From Brevundimonas sp. (GTDB taxonomy: Bacteria; Pseudomonadota; Alphaproteobacteria; Caulobacterales; Caulobacteraceae), in the NCBI RefSeq assembly GCF_046295075.1, contig NZ_JBKBOC010000001.1, forward strand, positions 20,802 through 84,801: a stretch of 64,000 nt of DNA, given 5' to 3'. Each line of letters begins with the position of its first letter. The first letter of the stretch is position 1. Shown piece by piece: positions 61,180 to 64,000 of the stretch. Both the position numbers and the translations under genes were made by a program. A model generated the notes under the pieces. The model had not been told where the DNA came from. It ran no database searches and worked only from the letters and a program-made list of their open reading frames with translations.

Positions 61180-61235
61180 GTCCTTGCCGTTATTCTGAAA
61201 TCTGTAACGCCGCCGCTTTGAGAGATACGCCGGAA

Positions 61236-62615
61236 ATGCAGGCCTGGGACGCGCTGCGACGCCCGATCTGGATGTTCGATCCGTCCGCCCTGCGCGGCGT
61301 CTATGCGAACGCCGCCGCCCTGGATCTCTGGGGCTCCGACAGCCTCGACGCCCTCTTGGCCCGCGATTTCAGCCAGATGTCGCCGGCTGTGCTGGCCCGC
61401 ACCGAGCGGCTGGCGCGCGAGACGGCGAATGGCGAGACCCTGTCCGAACACTGGACCTTCTATCCCAACGGCCGGCCGCTGACGGTGACGGCGATCATCT
61501 CGACCCATTGGCTGGACGACGGCACGCCGGTCCTGCTGTTCGAGGCCGCCCCGATCGAGGTGGAGAGCGAGGAACGTCGCGCGGTCGAGGCCCTGCGCCA
61601 CACCTCCACCCTGATCTCCCTGTTCGACAGCGAGGGGCGCCCGCTGTTCTCCAACCCGGCGGCGTTCGCGGCCTATGGCTCGACCACCCATCCCTTCGAG
61701 GCCCGGTTCGCCGAGCCCGAGCGCGCCCAGCCCATGCTGGCGGCGGCCCTGTCCGGCGACCTGGCGGCCGACGTGTGCGAGATCGTCACGCGCGAGGGGC
61801 CACGCTGGCATCATCTGGACATCCGCCCGGCCATCGATCCCGTCACCGGCCACCTCGGCCTCATCCTGACCGAGATCGACGTCACCGAACGGGTCCAGGG
61901 CGAACAGGCCCGCGTCGCCGCCGAACAGAAGACCGCCATGGCCGAGGCCCGTCAGCGGTTCCTGACCGACATGTCGCACGAGCTGCGCACGCCGCTGAAT
62001 TCGGTCATCGGCTTCTCAGACCTGTTGTCCAAGGCCGGCCTGGCGCAGGAACACGCCGACCACGCCGCCCGCATCAATGGCGCGGGCCAGCGTTTGTTGT
62101 CCGTCGTCAACGACATGATCGGCCTGTCGGCCGACAACGTCATTCCCCTGCCGACGCCCGATCGCGTCATCGCGGAAGCTGCGCCTGCCAATGAAGACGC
62201 CGCCGCCCTGCGCGTTCTCTATGTCGATGATCACGACAGCAACCGCGCCCTGGTCATGGCGGTGATGTCCGCCCAGGGCATCGTCTGCGCCACCGCCAAC
62301 GACGGCGCGCAAGGGGTCGAGGCGGCCCGCGACGGCGACTGGGACGTGATCCTGATGGACATCCAGATGCCGGTGATGGACGGCGTCGATGCGACCCGCG
62401 CCATCCGCGCCCTGCCGGGTCTGGTCGGCCGCACGCCGATCCTGGCCCTGACCGCCAACACCCTGCCGGAACAGTTGATCCAGTACGAGGAGGCCGGCAT
62501 GGACGACTGCATCGCCAAGCCGATGAACATCGTCGATCTGGTCACCCGCGTCACGGCCTGGGGCGCCAGCGACTGGCGCAACTTCGATCCTCAAGCCGCC
62601 GCAGCCGTCGCCTAA
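61236..62615 (+). CDS. PAS-like/HisKA/receiver protein lacking the HATPase domain
   Basis: MSHELRTPLNS H-box, a linker of about 30 aa, then REC (VDD, DIQMP.MDG, LTA, KP). Confidence 0.85.
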   Translation: MQAWDALRRPIWMFDPSALRGVYANAAALDLWGSDSLDALLARDFSQMSPAVLARTERLARETANGETLSEHWTFYPNGRPLTVTAIISTHWLDDGTPVLLFEAAPIEVESEERRAVEALRHTSTLISLFDSEGRPLFSNPAAFAAYGSTTHPFEARFAEPERAQPMLAAALSGDLAADVCEIVTREGPRWHHLDIRPAIDPVTGHLGLILTEIDVTERVQGEQARVAAEQKTAMAEARQRFLTDMSHELRTPLNSVIGFSDLLSKAGLAQEHADHAARINGAGQRLLSVVNDMIGLSADNVIPLPTPDRVIAEAAPANEDAAALRVLYVDDHDSNRALVMAVMSAQGIVCATANDGAQGVEAARDGDWDVILMDIQMPVMDGVDATRAIRALPGLVGRTPILALTANTLPEQLIQYEEAGMDDCIAKPMNIVDLVTRVTAWGASDWRNFDPQAAAAVA

Positions 62616-62665
62616 TTTCGAACCGGCGCCTTTAGGACCGGCATCCCGCGCCCTATCTTGCGGCC

Positions 62666-63469
62666 ATGCCCATCGCCCGTCTCGACAGCCGCGCCCTGAT
62701 CTCCGTTACGGGCGAGGACGCGAAACCCTTCCTGCACAATCTGCTGACCCAGGATGTGGAGACGCTGGCGGAGGGCGAGCTGCGCTTCGGCGCCCTTTTG
62801 TCCCCGCCCGGCCGGCTGCTGTTCGACCTGTTCATCCTGGGCCAGGCCGACGGCGTCCTGCTGGATGTCGCGGCTGAGCGCCGCGACGCCCTGTTGCAGC
62901 GGCTGTCGATGTACAAGCTCCGCGCCAAGGTCCAGGTCGCCGCCGACGACCGCCCGGTCTTCGCCGCCTGGCCGGACGCACCCACGGGTTTCATCCCCGA
63001 CCCACGCACCCCGCTGATGGGCGGCCGTCTCTATGGCCAGGCGACGCCAGACGCGACCCAGGCCGACTACGACGCCAACCGCCTGTCCATCGGCCTGCCC
63101 GACCCTGCCGCCGACGCCCCCCAGGACAAGACCTATCCGATCGAGGCCGACTTCGACCTGCTGAACGGCATCGACTTCCAGAAAGGCTGTTTCGTCGGCC
63201 AGGAGACGACCTCGCGCATGAAACGCCGGGGAACGATCAAGAACCGGATGCTGCCGCTCGACTTCGACGGCCCGCCCCCCGCCTTCGGCGCCGAGGTGCT
63301 GAAGGGCGAACTGCGCGCGGGCGAGGTGCTGTCGGGTCGTGGGGGTTCCGCCATGGCCCTGCTGCGGATCGACCGTCTCGACGGCGACCTGACCGTGGAC
63401 GGCCGCCCTGTGCGCTTGCGCAAACCCGCCTGGATGGGCGAGGACGTCCTCCCCTCCTCAAACGCTTGA
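62666..63469 (+). CDS. ygfZ: Folate-binding Fe-S repair protein YgfZ
   Basis: Signature KGCFVGQE. Confidence 0.93.
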   Translation: MPIARLDSRALISVTGEDAKPFLHNLLTQDVETLAEGELRFGALLSPPGRLLFDLFILGQADGVLLDVAAERRDALLQRLSMYKLRAKVQVAADDRPVFAAWPDAPTGFIPDPRTPLMGGRLYGQATPDATQADYDANRLSIGLPDPAADAPQDKTYPIEADFDLLNGIDFQKGCFVGQETTSRMKRRGTIKNRMLPLDFDGPPPAFGAEVLKGELRAGEVLSGRGGSAMALLRIDRLDGDLTVDGRPVRLRKPAWMGEDVLPSSNA

Positions 63470-63476
63470 GTCCCCC

Positions 63477-64000
63477 ATGAAGATCGCCGACCAGATCGTC
63501 CTCGTCACCGGCGGCGCACGCGGCGTCGGGGCCGCCGCCGTCCGCGCCTTCGCCCGCGAAGGTGCCCGCGTGATCATCAACTGGCGCGCCAGCGGCGAGG
63601 CCGCTAACGCCCTTGCGGCCGAGATCGGCGACCGCGCCGTCGCTCTCCAGGCCGACGTGACCGACCGCGCCGCCGTCGACGCCATGGTCGCCGCCGCCCA
63701 AGCGCATTTCGGCGCGCCCGTCACCACCGTGGTCAACAACGCCCTGGACTACAGCTTCAACGGCGACGCCCGGTCCCGGATGACCGACATCGGCTGGGAC
63801 GAGCTGGCGGCCCAGTTTTCGACCGTCGTGCGCGGCGCCCTGAACGTCATCCAGGCGACCGCCCCCGGCATGGCGGCGGCCCGGTTCGGCCGCGTCGTCA
63901 ACATCGGCACCAACCTGTTCCAGAACCCGGTCGTGCCCTATCACGACTACACCGCCGCCAAGGCCGCCCTGCTGAGCCTAACTCGCACCGCCGCCGGCGA
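63477..64000 (+). CDS. SDR family (3-oxoacyl-ACP reductase-like), 3'-truncated by the window edge
   Basis: Hand translation: MKIADQIVLVTGGARGVG...VNNA...YTAAK. Confidence 0.88.
   Translation, partial: MKIADQIVLVTGGARGVGAAAVRAFAREGARVIINWRASGEAANALAAEIGDRAVALQADVTDRAAVDAMVAAAQAHFGAPVTTVVNNALDYSFNGDARSRMTDIGWDELAAQFSTVVRGALNVIQATAPGMAAARFGRVVNIGTNLFQNPVVPYHDYTAAKAALLSLTRTAAG

Noticed and set aside
62630-62660. Possible sigma-32 promoter before ygfZ (CCCTATCT)
   Set aside because: The -10 element matches but no convincing -35 is present, so it is too weak to call.

Overview
A GC-rich alphaproteobacterial chromosome segment, most consistent with Brevundimonas/Caulobacteraceae. It is mostly housekeeping: ubiD (partial), pmbA-cysQ-DUF4170, the ctpA / msbA-lpxJ-waaA-lpxK lipid A locus, purD, xseA, lspA, argS, a glycine-riboswitch gcvTH-PA-PB operon, the F0 ATP synthase operon, ispH, erpA / dgt-SPOR-nagZ-scpAB, a Fur-type TonB/PepSY iron-uptake operon, pyrC and ygfZ. 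I found no CRISPR array, rRNA, tRNA, prophage or transposase. The non-routine signal is small-scale. (1) About ten palindromic REP/REPIN-like elements of two families are present, and one supplies the only plausible start codon of a prephenate dehydrogenase gene. (2) Two low-GC single-gene inserts occur: an adhesin-E-like gene seamlessly inserted between gcvPA and gcvPB, and a DUF2971-like gene behind a palindromic junction. (3) The 5' part of msbA has a codon-usage-anomalous patch. (4) An orphan Y-family polymerase has an exact LexA box. (5) A HisKA-REC protein lacks the ATP-binding domain and sits behind a CtrA-like site. (6) An unannotated 53-aa protein is driven by a consensus SigT promoter. 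I cannot claim a proven novel system; these are candidates with stated tests.
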